From: Saccostrea cucullata
Taxonomy: Eukaryota
DNA: 64,000 bases
Direction: 5' to 3'
Assembly: GCF_032062105.1 (NCBI RefSeq)
Contig: NW_026940419.1
Coordinates: forward strand, 1 to 64,000
The translations under genes were made by a program, and so were the position numbers. Under the pieces are notes generated by a model that worked only from the letters and a program-made list of their open reading frames with translations, was not told where the DNA came from and searched no databases. Below are positions 38,281 to 50,751 of this stretch, in pieces. The number at the start of each line of letters is the position of its first letter. Position 1 is the first letter of the stretch.

Positions 38281-39103
38281 CTAATATCTTTTTCCATATT
38301 GTCTGTGTGCCCTTTGTTTTCTCCTTTGGTTCCTCTTGTGTTTCCTCAGGGCCTTATTTTTTAGTTTCCTTTGCCTCCTTTTGTGTTTCTTTATCGTCTT
38401 CTTTATTTTCTTTTGCACCTTCCTCTCATTCTTCCTGAGTCTTCTCTCGTGTCTGTTCGGTCCTTTTCCGTATTTTCTAGGATTGAGATGAGGGTCGACA
38501 TGAGGTCTAATTGGTACGTGTGGTTCTGGGAAATCTATAGGGTGGCGACCTTGTATATCTGGACGGAGTGAATCAGGAAAACGACCACGAGGTCCTCTGT
38601 GATTTTGCACACCCCTGTTGACAAGATCACGTAGTCTATTTATTCCTTGTTGTGGCCGATCAATACCCCCGTCCCATGGTCCCTGTCGACCTGGGACAGT
38701 TCTGGCACCCCAGGGAGCGCCACCTACACCTGGTACCGGACCCAGGGGTTCTACATTCCAGGGGTCAACTCCATGACCTCCATGTGTATCGTGTCCATGA
38801 CCTCCATGTGCATCGTGTCCATGGCCGTGGTCCCCATCTACAAAAACAAAACCAACAACCAATTATTCTATAATTTGGCATACTGTCAGTCTTCGAGAGT
38901 ACGTAGCATACGTTTTAAGAAACAAGAGACAATTCCATCGTATATTTTCCAATGTTCATTTTTATTTTGATGTGATATATTTTGTTTAAATTTGCGATTT
39001 ATGCATTTTATATAAATTATCAAGACTTTTTTATGTACATGTACTTACGTATTTGACCTTGAGTTCCCAGCAAACATGCTGCCAAAACTATGAAGGAAAT
39101 CAT
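38281..39103 (-). CDS. secreted His/Gly-rich, Pro-rich protein 'C' with a Lys/Arg-rich tail; 203 aa
   Basis: Exon 39103-39049 encodes MISFIVLAACLLGTQGQI with donor |GTAAGT, phase 1. Exon 38837-38281 follows TTTTGTAG|. The two total 612 nt in frame. Contains GHGHDAHGGHGHDTHGGHG; 30 K/R in the last 54 residues; ends YGKRY*. Confidence 0.85.
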
Positions 39104-39224
39104 CCTACAAAAAAGAGATAAAAACATAAATTCTGGCATTGTGAAAATGTTTCATCATTGCTACAGTTTTCAATAAGTTTTTACGAACAATTAATTATTC
39201 ATGATAAGGAATAAGATTTCTTAC

Positions 39225-39286
39225 CTGTTGATATTCCACAAATGTTCTGACTGTAGATGTAAACCAAGAATACTGTTATATATATA
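39225..39286 (-). promoter_or_regulatory. TATA box and non-coding first exon of gene C
   Basis: TATATATATAA at 39286-39276. Exon ends GAATATCAACAG|GTAAG at 39225. Confidence 0.6.
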
Positions 39287-41056
39287 CTATCCCGTAAGAG
39301 GAAACATTTGTAAAAATGTCATTTATAGACATATGTTGATAAGATAATTAGACATCTTTTAAATTTGCTATTTATGGACAGAGGTAGAGGGAAATCCAAA
39401 AACCATATCCTAGTTTGACATTTTATACGTAGTATTTCAAATTTTTTTTAAAAACTTTCAAAGTTTTCGAACGAAACATTGCGTTTAAATGTTATTCTGT
39501 GTATTATTTGTGGTTTGCACCTATCAAATCCAAATATTTACATAGATCTTTAATGCATAATAAATAAAAACACGTAAATTTTTGGACGAATCTGTACTTG
39601 TTTAATTATTATTGATTTAAAATCAATTGATGACATACTCAATCTACATGTACGTCACAGAGTTTTGATTGGAGAATCTTTTTCTTTCTCCAGCGCGATA
39701 TTGATGAATGTACATGTAATTAAACATTAACATAATACACCAATGATAAAGAGATTCAGCAAAACTAGGGGGATTCCCTGGAATATTGCTACATTCTTAT
39801 TCCTTAATCCGAACCTGTGAAAAATAAGTGAGTGTGCAATCTACATTTTTAGTATGTCGAACTTTTGATGGTTGATAAAGCACGATGATATTAGTTTAAT
39901 TTTAATTTGAATTTCCTTTTTAAAAAAAATCGGGTTACTTTTTTCACTCTAAATCAATACATATTTCCTAGAAATTGCTCTTGCTGCTTGTTAAGAAATA
40001 CTGGTATTTGAATAAACTTACCAAGTGTGAATAATGGCAGCAAATACAGCTTTAACAATCGCAGTGAAAATAGTCCGCAAGTTCTATAAGGACCACACTA
40101 ATTAAGAAATACAAATCAAATCTGTTGTTTCTGACATTTTTGACATTTCATTTTGGAAATCTTGTTTGTTTGATGAATTCAATTTAAAGTAACATAATTT
40201 CTCTTTCTATGTTTGAAGGATAAATTTTTGTAGGTCTCACTAGTTTTTCACCTGACAATCAGCGTGTCTTAGTGAGAGCTTTCTGATTTTTTTCCTGGTT
40301 TGGTTGGTTTATTTATAATTGAAAAGAGGTTTGAAAATTTAGTACGTCCTCTCTTAATTGTCTTCTCTGATGGAGGTTAAACTTATTTCTAGAGACTGAT
40401 TAAAATATTGGGGTAGATTTTCGACTGCACTTTAAATATATTTTACAGTATTGTATAGTGTTAAGTGCATTGTATCTCATTTATTCTCATATGTACAGAA
40501 CTGTTGTGGCTTTTGGTCTCATATAAGAAATTCATTATCCGAAATAAAACTCTTGAAAATCTTTATATCTAAATCAATTGCATGCACCTACTTCTATTTC
40601 TTTATGCCACACAACGCTGTAAAATTCAGTAAGAATTCAATTACTGTGATATGGTCAATGAATTAAAAAAAATGAATGAATAAATAAGAAAATTAATTAT
40701 GGTCTTAAGTCAATGACAATTTTTTTACTATACAGATTAATCAAATATGTTCTGTTGTCTTTTGTTTACAAGTCACTGAATGGAATGTTGTCGTGCATTA
40801 ATTACAGAACAATGGAAATGTGAAAGAGAAGAGACCGCAAACAATTGTTATACGTCATACTGATACTTATTTCCTGCAAACTATGTCAAACCAAAAAAAA
40901 GCACAGAGAGAGAGAGAGAATGAAAGAAAGAGAGAGAGAGAGAACATAAATACACAGAATTTGTTATTATATATTTTTAAAAATGGGACGTTCGCATCAG
41001 TCTTTCATTTATTTTAGATTTGCCATTTTTCTTATATTATGTTATGGCTTATGGTT

Positions 41057-41311
41057 TATGAGATGCCGTTTAAATATTTTTAAGGTATTTTCTGATATCA
41101 AAAAATCATTTTGTGATATCAAAAATTCGAATTTCTGATATCAGAAAATCATTTTTTTGATATCAAGAATTCGAATTTATGATATCAGAAAATGATTTTC
41201 TGATATCAAAAAAATCTATTTTCTGATATCAAAAAAATCTATTTTTTGATATCAAGAATTTCTTTTTTAATATCAGAAAATTCTTCAAAAATATTAAAAC
41301 GGCGCCTCATA
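41057..41311. mobile_element. MITE with an internal array of TGATATCA palindromes
   Basis: TIR TATGAGATGCCGTTT.AATATTTTT / AAAAATATTAAAACGGCGCCTCATA. About 9 copies of (T)GATATCA spaced 21-24 bp. The terminal TA could be the TSD. Confidence 0.75.
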
Positions 41312-42169
41312 ATGATTGCAGTATTATTTCAGGTAAATTACTTATATACATTGGTATGTATAAATTTAGAAAACTAACATTGTAAATCGGTATTTGGCGA
41401 GAATGTTTATCAGGAATGCTTTGTCTAAGTATGCACCAAATTAATTTTCATGCATTCTTTTTTGCAAAACAGAATTATAAAAAGACGGAGTAGAGCTTCT
41501 TGATGTTATATATCAAGTTATAAATATTTAATAAAGAGCTAGAACATGTTGGTGTCTTTTTTTTCATGTAAGAAAAAATGTTGATTTAATTTTGTCTTTG
41601 TTTTTAAAGATGGATTAAAATGCTTGGAACAAATACAGATTTTCATATTAGCAGGTGGAAAAATACAAATAGGAAATTATAGATCAACTCAGGAAAAAGG
41701 AAACACAATGTGTGAACACCATGAGACCACTAACAGATAACTAGTGAATCTTATTGGACAAAGCCTCTATACCAGAACTTATCAATCTTATTGGACAAAA
41801 GAAAACCAGAACTGCAAATCTTCTAATGGATACCTTCGACGTCAAGACTGGTCAATGTTTTATGGTAGTAATGATATGTCAATGGTGTTGGGAATTTCTC
41901 AAGGTCACAATGAGGTATTTTGAATGTGATGGGACTCCTTAGAAATACGTAAGCGTAGTCATAAACATTTTAGACTTTAAGTCTTAAACAATCCTATTTT
42001 TTACGATTTCCCTTTTGATTCACCATTGCTAGTTAATTCTTCATTGAATATGCACCAAACTTCACTCGGCTAATTGCAAATCACATTTATTTAAAAATTG
42101 CATCATTTTACGATAAAAAAAGCGCCTAATCTTGCAATCTCTTATGATTCAAGTTTAAATACATTTCTT

Positions 42170-42800
42170 GCATCCCCTGCCCACCGGTTTCACCCGCCGT
42201 GTGCTCCTTGTCATGATCAGGAAATATCGGAAATATCCGCTGTCAACCTAATTCGTCAGTCAGCATTTCACTCAATGATAAATTGTATTAGCTGACAAGG
42301 TTATTGTATCGTCCATAGAACTCAGAAATTATTACTTTAAACGAGACTGCTGAAATTATTGTTTCATCAACTTGTTTGTCGATAATTTACCTCGTTTTAG
42401 AAATTTGTTCATACGTAAAGCATTATCTTGCGTATCAACTGAGATATATATAAACTCCGTAAGCAGGTGATGAAGGTGTATTGCTGCATATAAAAGTAAG
42501 GCAAGTTGACGATAGGATAGACAAAGTCATCACGTTTATCATAAAGCTTGCTTGTTAGATAACCATTGACGTCTTCTTCAAGAAAAAAAATCAAAATATG
42601 ACAGAAATGTGTCAGACTCTGTGGTATTATTTTTCATCTCAAGCTCACCAGGATATATCGTATCGACTTAGGAATGGAAATTACCATTGTTAATTGATAA
42701 CACGTCGTTGATAAATCTAAATGTCGAGTTGATGGCCACAACAAGTGTTTTCTTCTTTTCACGCATAAGATTTTGCACAAATTGTGCTTAATTCAGAAGT
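42170..42800 (-). mobile_element. Penelope-like retroelement RT C-terminal remnant (pseudogenised)
   Basis: Decayed frames reading TFRFINDVLSIN and GYLTSKLYDKRDDFVYPIVNLPY...YISQLIR. Terminal block GCATCCCCTG..ACCGGT..CACCCGCCGTG. Confidence 0.75.
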
Positions 42801-44085
42801 GAAAAAATAACATGATCAGCATGTTTTGTGGCCCCAGCTGGCCATAGGAAGTTTAAAACAACTAACCACACTCTGCCCTTTTCTGTTTTTGTAAGGCTTG
42901 TAGAGAGGATACAGGAGTTTATGTCAGTTGATTTGAATGGCATGAGCATGCTGTAGATACATGTGTGTTAATTTCTAAAATGAGGAAAGCTATTGACAAA
43001 TAAGTTGATTCAAAAGAATATTAAAAGTTCTGTTTAAAGTTAACATTTCGCAAATTCTTTGGTCGATACAATGGGACTGTAAGCAAATATATAATTTTTT
43101 TTTAAAAGCGAATGTACGAACTCTTCAATAAATATTGTTAGACATTATTTTCACATTTGTTTTGTTTGTCCGATGACGACAAGGACCACACGGCGGATGT
43201 TACCGGTCCACGGGGGTTACTTCCGCTTCATGATCCTGTTTGATGCTTTTAGAGATCCGTTTTGTTCTGCTCCAATTTGTTTCATTCCAAAAGACTTTGA
43301 AGTTTAAATACAGGTCATTATCTTTATTTTTTTATTTTCAACAAACAAGAAAGATCATTGGTTTAACAAAACAATAGATATATAAGAATAACAATCTTTA
43401 TTGCACAAGGCATGCATTTTATGTTTGTTATATTAAGGCAATATAACAAACATGAAAAATAGATTGTGTGACATGGTAATATAAACATATGTAGTATATG
43501 ATGTTAGGTTGTCATCAACTTCTTAAATAAATGTATTATATACAGTTTGACCTTATACATTAGGCAGAAGATCATTTTGTGACACTTTCACGTACTTCAA
43601 AGGCATGTTGAGGGTAGAATCTGTACCTACATTGTAGATGGCACAGTTCCTTGACTTTTTTTTATCTAGACTGAGCAGCTGTATTAATCTGAAAACGGAA
43701 GGCTTTTTGTTCCCGTAACATTGATTAATTTTATTGACATGTTATTTCTAAATTTAGGATATATTAAAATAAAATGAACTTCATTCTCAATACATGTATC
43801 TAATTATAAATGACAGATTTAGCTACTGGTATTTAAGGACCATATTCAATAGGTCTTTTAAAAGATGACATACATATTCTACGTAATTACTCCTTATATT
43901 TGATAGGAATAACTTGCGTAATAAAAAAACATTAATTATAAAATAAAATAAAAACATTCATTAGGGATATGGCACAAGAATTTCATCTACATCTACCAAA
44001 TGATATTCGATATGAAAGTCATTTCAATGAGAAATTACTCTTAGATATTTCATAAGCATTAAAAAGAAGGACCTTTTTATTCTAG

Positions 44086-46637
44086 CTAGTCATCTCTATA
44101 CTGAGCATATGGGCTCTGTAACATTTTCCATCTCTGCATTTGTTTCTTTAATGCTTTCTTTTTATTCTTTCTTTGTTTCTCTAGGGCTTTTCTTATTTTC
44201 TTTTGCAGTTTCTTCTTATTTTTTCTCAAGCGTTTACCGAGTCCTCCATGTCTTTTACCAGGCTTTAGAGGTTTCTGAAGGGGGCCAATATGAGGTGTCA
44301 AAAGTGGATGTTGGTCTGGGTAATGGATGGGTCGAACTCCATGTGTACCTGGTCGGAGTCGTTCAACCCTGTTCAGGAGACGATCAAAATTTGGCGGAAT
44401 CCCATTTTTAGCAGAGCCTTTGCGAAAAATTTCACGAATATTTTTCAGTCTGTCCAGAGTATGTGGTGGTAAAGACCTAATTTTATCTAACAGCTTTGCA
44501 TTCATACCACTTCCCCATTGTCCTGGTTTGAGCCTCGTATTCCAGAGGGCGCCACCTGTTCCTTCATTTACTGTCCGTACGTTCAGAGGGTGAACACCAC
44601 GGTCCAGGTGTGTTGGTCCTTGTTCTAACGTTCCTTTCTCATCTGTCAACACAAAATATTACTCAGTTTGGCGAAGTAGAAGACGGATAGTGGACTTTTA
44701 CGAGAAAGGCTGACTTTTATGTTGACGACTTACTTTTACACTGGGACATTGAACGGAAACTCTTTTACGATATAAATATTTAGCTCAACATTTCATTCAA
44801 CAAAATAACGGGTTATTTCAAAGCACAAATAAGTTGTCCTTGAAGACAACGACAACCATACTACATGTACCCATAACTCTCGGCCTTCACATTTTAGTGC
44901 CCCTAATACCATTACTATGACCACTAGAAAGGTTTTCTGATCTATTTTCAATTCTGTACCTCCGTAGACGATATAGGTTTAAATGTCCATGTAAACAGTC
45001 AACCGTAAAAGCCAGTGCTTCTCGTAAAATTCCAATAGTAACATGTATTTTCATCATAATTATATCTTCTATGGAGATAATGAACAGTGCCCAAGCTCAA
45101 AATTCCACGAAACAAGGAAATCAGGAGCAGAACGAACACAGACCTCATAAACCTCAGAGGTGGGATTAGGTGCCATGAAGGAGTGAGTAACCCTGCCGAT
45201 TGGTCACACCCACCGTGCACTCCTTGTCATGATCGAGAAATAACGGAAAAATCCATCCACAATTCAGAGTAAAAATAATGACCTTACAGTCAGTATGAAA
45301 AAACGCCAGTCAGCATTAAACTTAAATATAGCTTGTATTTGCTGACAAGGTCATTGTATCGATCACAGAACTCACGAAATGATGATTTTTAACGAGTCTG
45401 GTGATACTCGTGTTTCATTAACTTGATAGTCAATATTTTACAAAGTTTTTGAAATTGCCTACATGTAGTGTATACTCTTGCGTATCGAATCAACTGAAAG
45501 ATATAAACTCCGCATGCAGGTGATAAAGGTAATTATATTGCTGCATAAGTAAAGGAAATTGACTATTGAAAAGTTAAAGGCATCACATATATCATAAAGC
45601 TTTGTTGTTGATTTACCATAAACGTCTTTTTCTAGGAAAATATCTAAATATGAAACAGATGTGTTACACTCCGTGGTATCTTTTCTTTAAGGCTCACAGT
45701 GATATGTTGATATGAATGGAAATAACCATTGTTAATTGACAATACGTCGTCGATATATCGAAATGTCGAGATGAAGGTCACAACAAGTGTTTCCTCCTTT
45801 TTACGTATCAGACTTTGAACAAATTCTGCTTCGCAAGAATACAAAATAAATCTGTTTATAACGGGACGCAATTGGTACACGTGGAAATGGCAACAGATTT
45901 TTGTAAGACCTGGCTTCGGGGCCACCAACCTATAAAAATCTCAGCTCAAAACTCAGCCTCAAATCTCAGAATTATGCCTCACCTGAGATTTTCCAAAAAC
46001 ACTGTGCCACCAACATTTCATAGATTGGTCTCACGTGAGCTGATATTTGAGAAAAATCTTAGATATATTTCCGTTGTCATATGCGGCCTTTTTTCGAAAA
46101 ATGTAAGGATTTGTTGAATCAATGATTGAATTTTCCTTTTATACAGTGGTCTCAAAAAACTGCATAGATATTTTCAATCATAAACTCCAGAATCTTTTCA
46201 ATATAAACGTCAGAGTACTTGCGTGCACAATCAGATTTTTTTTTTATCAAAGTAATTTTGCAGATGACCAATGAAAAGGTTAGTAAATTTACGAGTTCCA
46301 TTTAATTATATTGAAAAAGTAGTTCGCCAGTTGTCAATTTTTAATTTGAAGTACTCCTGCCTGCATTTTTCAAGGTGATTTTTCTTTCAAAAATTTCTAA
46401 CTCACTAATAATCATCGAAATAATAATTTTGATCACTCATTACCAATAATTGTCATACAAAAATAGGAAAACTGACTACAAAATAGATTAATTAAAAAAT
46501 CATAAAATCATGAAAAAAATTAATATAAAAAGTATTTTTAAAAGATGAAATGTTCAGGGCTTTTTATACTTACATTTGCTTATTTCGCCGTACGCGCCAG
46601 CCAAATAACAAGTCGCTAAAACAATGAAGATACCCAT
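44086..46637 (-). CDS. secreted Pro/Gly-rich protein 'D' with a Lys-rich tail, paralog of C; 206 aa
   Basis: Exon 46637-46574 encodes MGIFIVLATCYLAGAYGEISK with donor |GTAAGT, phase 1. Exon 44642-44086 follows GTTGACAG|. The two total 621 nt in frame. Blocks alignable to gene C. Confidence 0.83.
45060..45900 (-). mobile_element. Penelope-like retroelement remnant (RT core to 3' terminal block) inside the intron of gene D
   Basis: LYSCEAEFVQSL...TFISTFRYIDDVLSINNGYFHSY contains the RT YxDD motif, with frameshifts downstream. Terminal block CAGAGGTGGGATTAGGTGCC...GGTCACACCC.CCGTG. Confidence 0.8.
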
Positions 46638-47077
46638 CCTAAAAAAATAGTTTAAATTAATTGTCGAGGACTTAGTGATATTCAAAATGAAACCATCATT
46701 TAATTTAAAGCAGTATGAGCTGCATTTTTGAAAATTTTATTCTGCTGTTAATATTAATGATATTATTTTATGTAACTTAAACCATATGATTAATTAGACT
46801 GAAATAAAGCAAAAGAAAGACCTCTAAATACAATCCAATATACAGTTTTATGTACGAAATCATTATTGTACAGGACGATAATAATGAAATTTTTGATTCA
46901 ATCAAAGCTTATAATTAATTCTTCCATCGCAATCATGAGCAGCATAAGTTTATTTATGTTATTTTTTCTGTCATATTTATTTACAATTTTCCAACATCAA
47001 AGTTGCAGCTCAGGTTGCTTTACACATGTACATGCAAGTCACAAATATAGATAGGTATTCTGCTTAAAAAGTCTTAC

Positions 47078-47136
47078 CCTATATTGATATTCTAGTGCAC
47101 TATATAAGATTTTTGATTTTTGACAATATTTATATA
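47078..47136 (-). promoter_or_regulatory. TATA box and non-coding first exon of gene D
   Basis: TATATAAATA at 47136-47127. Exon ends GAATATCAATATAGG|GTAAG, sharing GAATATCAA with gene C exon 1. Confidence 0.6.
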
Positions 47137-49837
47137 TTCTTTCTATAAGGAAACAGTATGTGTGTGACGTATGTAGGTCTTCTCGTCAGTGACAGCTTTA
47201 AATGGACAGTGTAGTAAAGGGGAGCGCAGAAATTAAAACCTAATTCCATCTGTAAATTTCAACGTAGTACAGTTAGATTTTCAATCTTTTTTATGTGGCT
47301 AAGTATCTATTCATTATAAACACACTTGATAGAGTTTAATGTATTGGATAAATCTAGAAACTCAGATATTTTTATGATTACATCTGGAAATCCTTTAAGA
47401 GATTTTGGACGGTACTGTACAGGTCAAGGTAATTGGGAAATGGATTGCTGACCAATTAATCCTAAATGTGCGTCAATATACGGGAAGTTTTTTGATTGGT
47501 CATTTATTTTTATTGATAAGTAAAACACTTTGAAAGGTACATGTACATACACATATACATATATTGACCTACGCCTATTGTTTACCATTTTTAGACGGAG
47601 GCTGTATGACAGCCTCCGTGTATAGGGATTGTCTTGCCCATGGAATGTAAACAGGAAAGATTTTCCAAGCACCATCTATCGGTGGAATTGTTTTCATCAC
47701 CTTGAGAATTCTATTTTTAGAGCGACTCTGCGTTACACCGACCGCAAGGATAGGCATAGTCTAAAACAAAGATCGCGTCACATACAAGTATAAATAAACA
47801 GTTCTACTTTTTCTAAATAAACAGGATTTGTCTAATATTTTTTAAAATGACGTGTATATAAATACATTTCCTACGGAATATGTAAAAAAAAAATGTGATT
47901 TACTATTAATTTTTTATCAGACAGAATATTAGGAGATTTTGTTCCAACAGACGATGATATAGCATGTTTTACAATATGCCGAGCCTTTTCCCGCCGGTTC
48001 TCACACCAAAACAAGAACGAGAAGAAATGAAGTGGCGGATCTAGAGGGAGTTGGGGGGGGGGTGGGTTTAACATCCGCGGAGAGTGATCGAGGAACCCCA
48101 CTTATCAATTGCTTCTTTTATTAAAGTAAAAACTATCTCTAGTTACAGATAAGTTTAAACTTTAGTTTTATATTTAATTGTAAAAACTTCCACCAGAATT
48201 CGCCTGTGTATCAAACTAAGTGTGGAGACGCAGATGTACCTGTATTATGTATTGAAGAAAATCCTGCTATGTCGCATGCAAATGTTTTATGTCGCAGGTA
48301 TAAATATAAGATATTTTAATAATAGATCAAGCATTTCAGTTTTAATGGAATTTTTTGTGCTTGATTGTTGTTTGTAATCTTATTTTCATTCCTTTTCTAA
48401 TTTCTTTTTGAAAGGACCGATAAATTGGTTTGCGGCCGATTTTTGACGTTTGCATCAATAGGTTTCATGGAGTTTTTTAATCTGACAAGGATCGATGAAT
48501 AAACAAATGCATAGTATTTTTATATGTAGGAATATTAACAGTCTAGTTTTGAATTGTTTATTTGATATTATGTATAATTTCAGGAAACACATGAAAATAG
48601 ATTTACACTTTCTACAAGCGGTTTGAGTGTTTGGGGTACCCTCACATTAGATAAGAGAGAAACAAACGGCAACTCTGATATTGAGATCAAAATGCATTTG
48701 TAACGTTTGACCCTAGGGTACAACCCAAATCTTGGTTCATAGGATTTACATGATTTATCACATAATATCCTAATTAATAATTAAAAATCATATCTTCTGA
48801 AATAAGTTGTCTTATTGTCATATCGTTGATCCTTATTTGCATTTGATACTTGTGTTTTACCTCTTTCACATCCCAAACTTTAATTATTTTTTATATACAA
48901 GATTACATGTATTTCTGATCATTGGTATTCATGTCAATTTTTTTTAACCTACATCATTGGTAAAGTGATTGTTATAACTGAAAATCAGAAATCATAGTTA
49001 TATATTTATAACTTTTCTCTACGTAATTTGTAATTATGTCTCATTGTTAATGATTGTTTTAAACAGATAAACTGAAAAGGACAACCATTTCCACTGGTAT
49101 ACGAGTAAAGAAAGACATTTTTTAGGTTAATCTGTCATATGATAAAATACTACATTTAATAATTCCAGAAATATTGGTTGTCAAATTTGTCAAGATATAT
49201 CTTTGTTATTGTAAGCAATACTCCAGTTCTCCAAAAACAATTTAAACTTGTGAAATAGCAAGTCTTATGAACTTGATTGTTCTGTTTACATAAAGTAAGA
49301 AAGTATATTTTATTCCACTCAAAAAATTGTGTTCTGGCACGAACATTTATTGCATGTTAATGAAGTTGTATTACTTAAAGAAAATTCTGTGTTGCTTTCA
49401 AGCTAGGTCACCCCATTTTGTATCACAAAGTTTTAAGACAAACTGTACTATATTATGTTGTTCATGTCCAATTACCTGGCTGCTTCTTTTTCCATGTTAG
49501 CTCATATCATAACATTATTACAATAAGGCCGAGAAATTTTGATTTTGGTAGCTGTTACATGTCATAATTATGTTAACAGTAGGTCTCTGTGACCTATAAA
49601 TAAGATATCTTGAAATATGGAGACTCCTGACAGGCTGAGGCCTAGTGCTGAATCCAGAAATTCTGAAATAGGGGGACCAGTTTGAGGTCAGGGAAGGGGC
49701 CCACAGCCACAATTAAAACACTCATTTTTCAAATATTGCGTATTTTTTGGACTCAAAAGGGAGGGGGCCAGGGGCCCCTTTTAATTCCGCCAGTGGACTC
49801 ATGACTAGAACATACTAAACCTACATTCATCAAACCG

Positions 49838-49960
49838 GGCCTGGGGGCATACAACTTAGACAAGCTCACTTTTGATCTCAGTCTCACTTTTCCACTATAT
49901 ATTCCTTAAGTGAGACTGGGATAAAAAGTTAGCCCGTCTAAGTTTTATGTCAACCAGGCC
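49838..49960. mobile_element. ~123-bp foldback MITE
   Basis: GGCCTGG..CATACAACTTAGAC...AGTCTCACTT pairs with AAGTGAGACT...GTCTAAGTTTTATG..CCAGGCC. Confidence 0.65.
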
Positions 49961-50751
49961 TAGTCAATTACTGTTTCTTACTTTGAAAGGTTTAATATTG
50001 AAAGTATCTCATCTAAATAACAGTGAACTTTAATCAAGGCGAAGTTTACATTACAAAGATGAAATTATAATATCCCAAAAACCTCATGAATATTGGAGTA
50101 TCCTTTGAAAAAAATGTTGAATTGAAAAAAAAACTACACATTATTTCTCATAATATTCTTTACAGCAATGTATGACATATATATTTCTTTTGTGTTCTCT
50201 CATACATGAAGCCTCCGTCTAACAGTACTTTCAGTACTTTGATTTATTTTATGAAATGAAATTGTAATATAAGTTTCAATGTCACTATCCTAAAAGAACA
50301 CGGATAATCACTGCACGGGGAAAAATTGGTTTGCAAAGCAATACTGGCAATGATTCTGAAAAATAAACGATAAAGAATCTGTTCAGACTAAGACTCCATT
50401 TCCAGCCATCCTGATTATTAGATATTATGTATATAAATAATATAATACGAATTCATGTTTGTATAAGTGTCCAGGGGGGGGGGGGAGGGGGGGGGTTCAA
50501 ACATAATCTTGAAATTTTGTGACGGGTAATTATAAGGAAATCAATCAGAAAATTCGAACATTTTAATATACGAAAAAGCGATAAAATTCCTTGTCCTTTT
50601 CTTTAAAAAGTCAAAACTATTCTGTATCCTTTTTATTCCTTTTGTGGCGCTTGACAACAGTAATCCATGTATTTTTTTTTTCAGACCCCATTCTTGTCCC
50701 TTGCAAAATCTGCATTCCGAAAAACTAAAAAATTACTCTGTCATATCTACA

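Noticed and set aside
38371-44593. Plus-strand hydrophobic ORFs opposite genes C and D
   Set aside because: Antisense shadows of Lys/Arg-rich codons.
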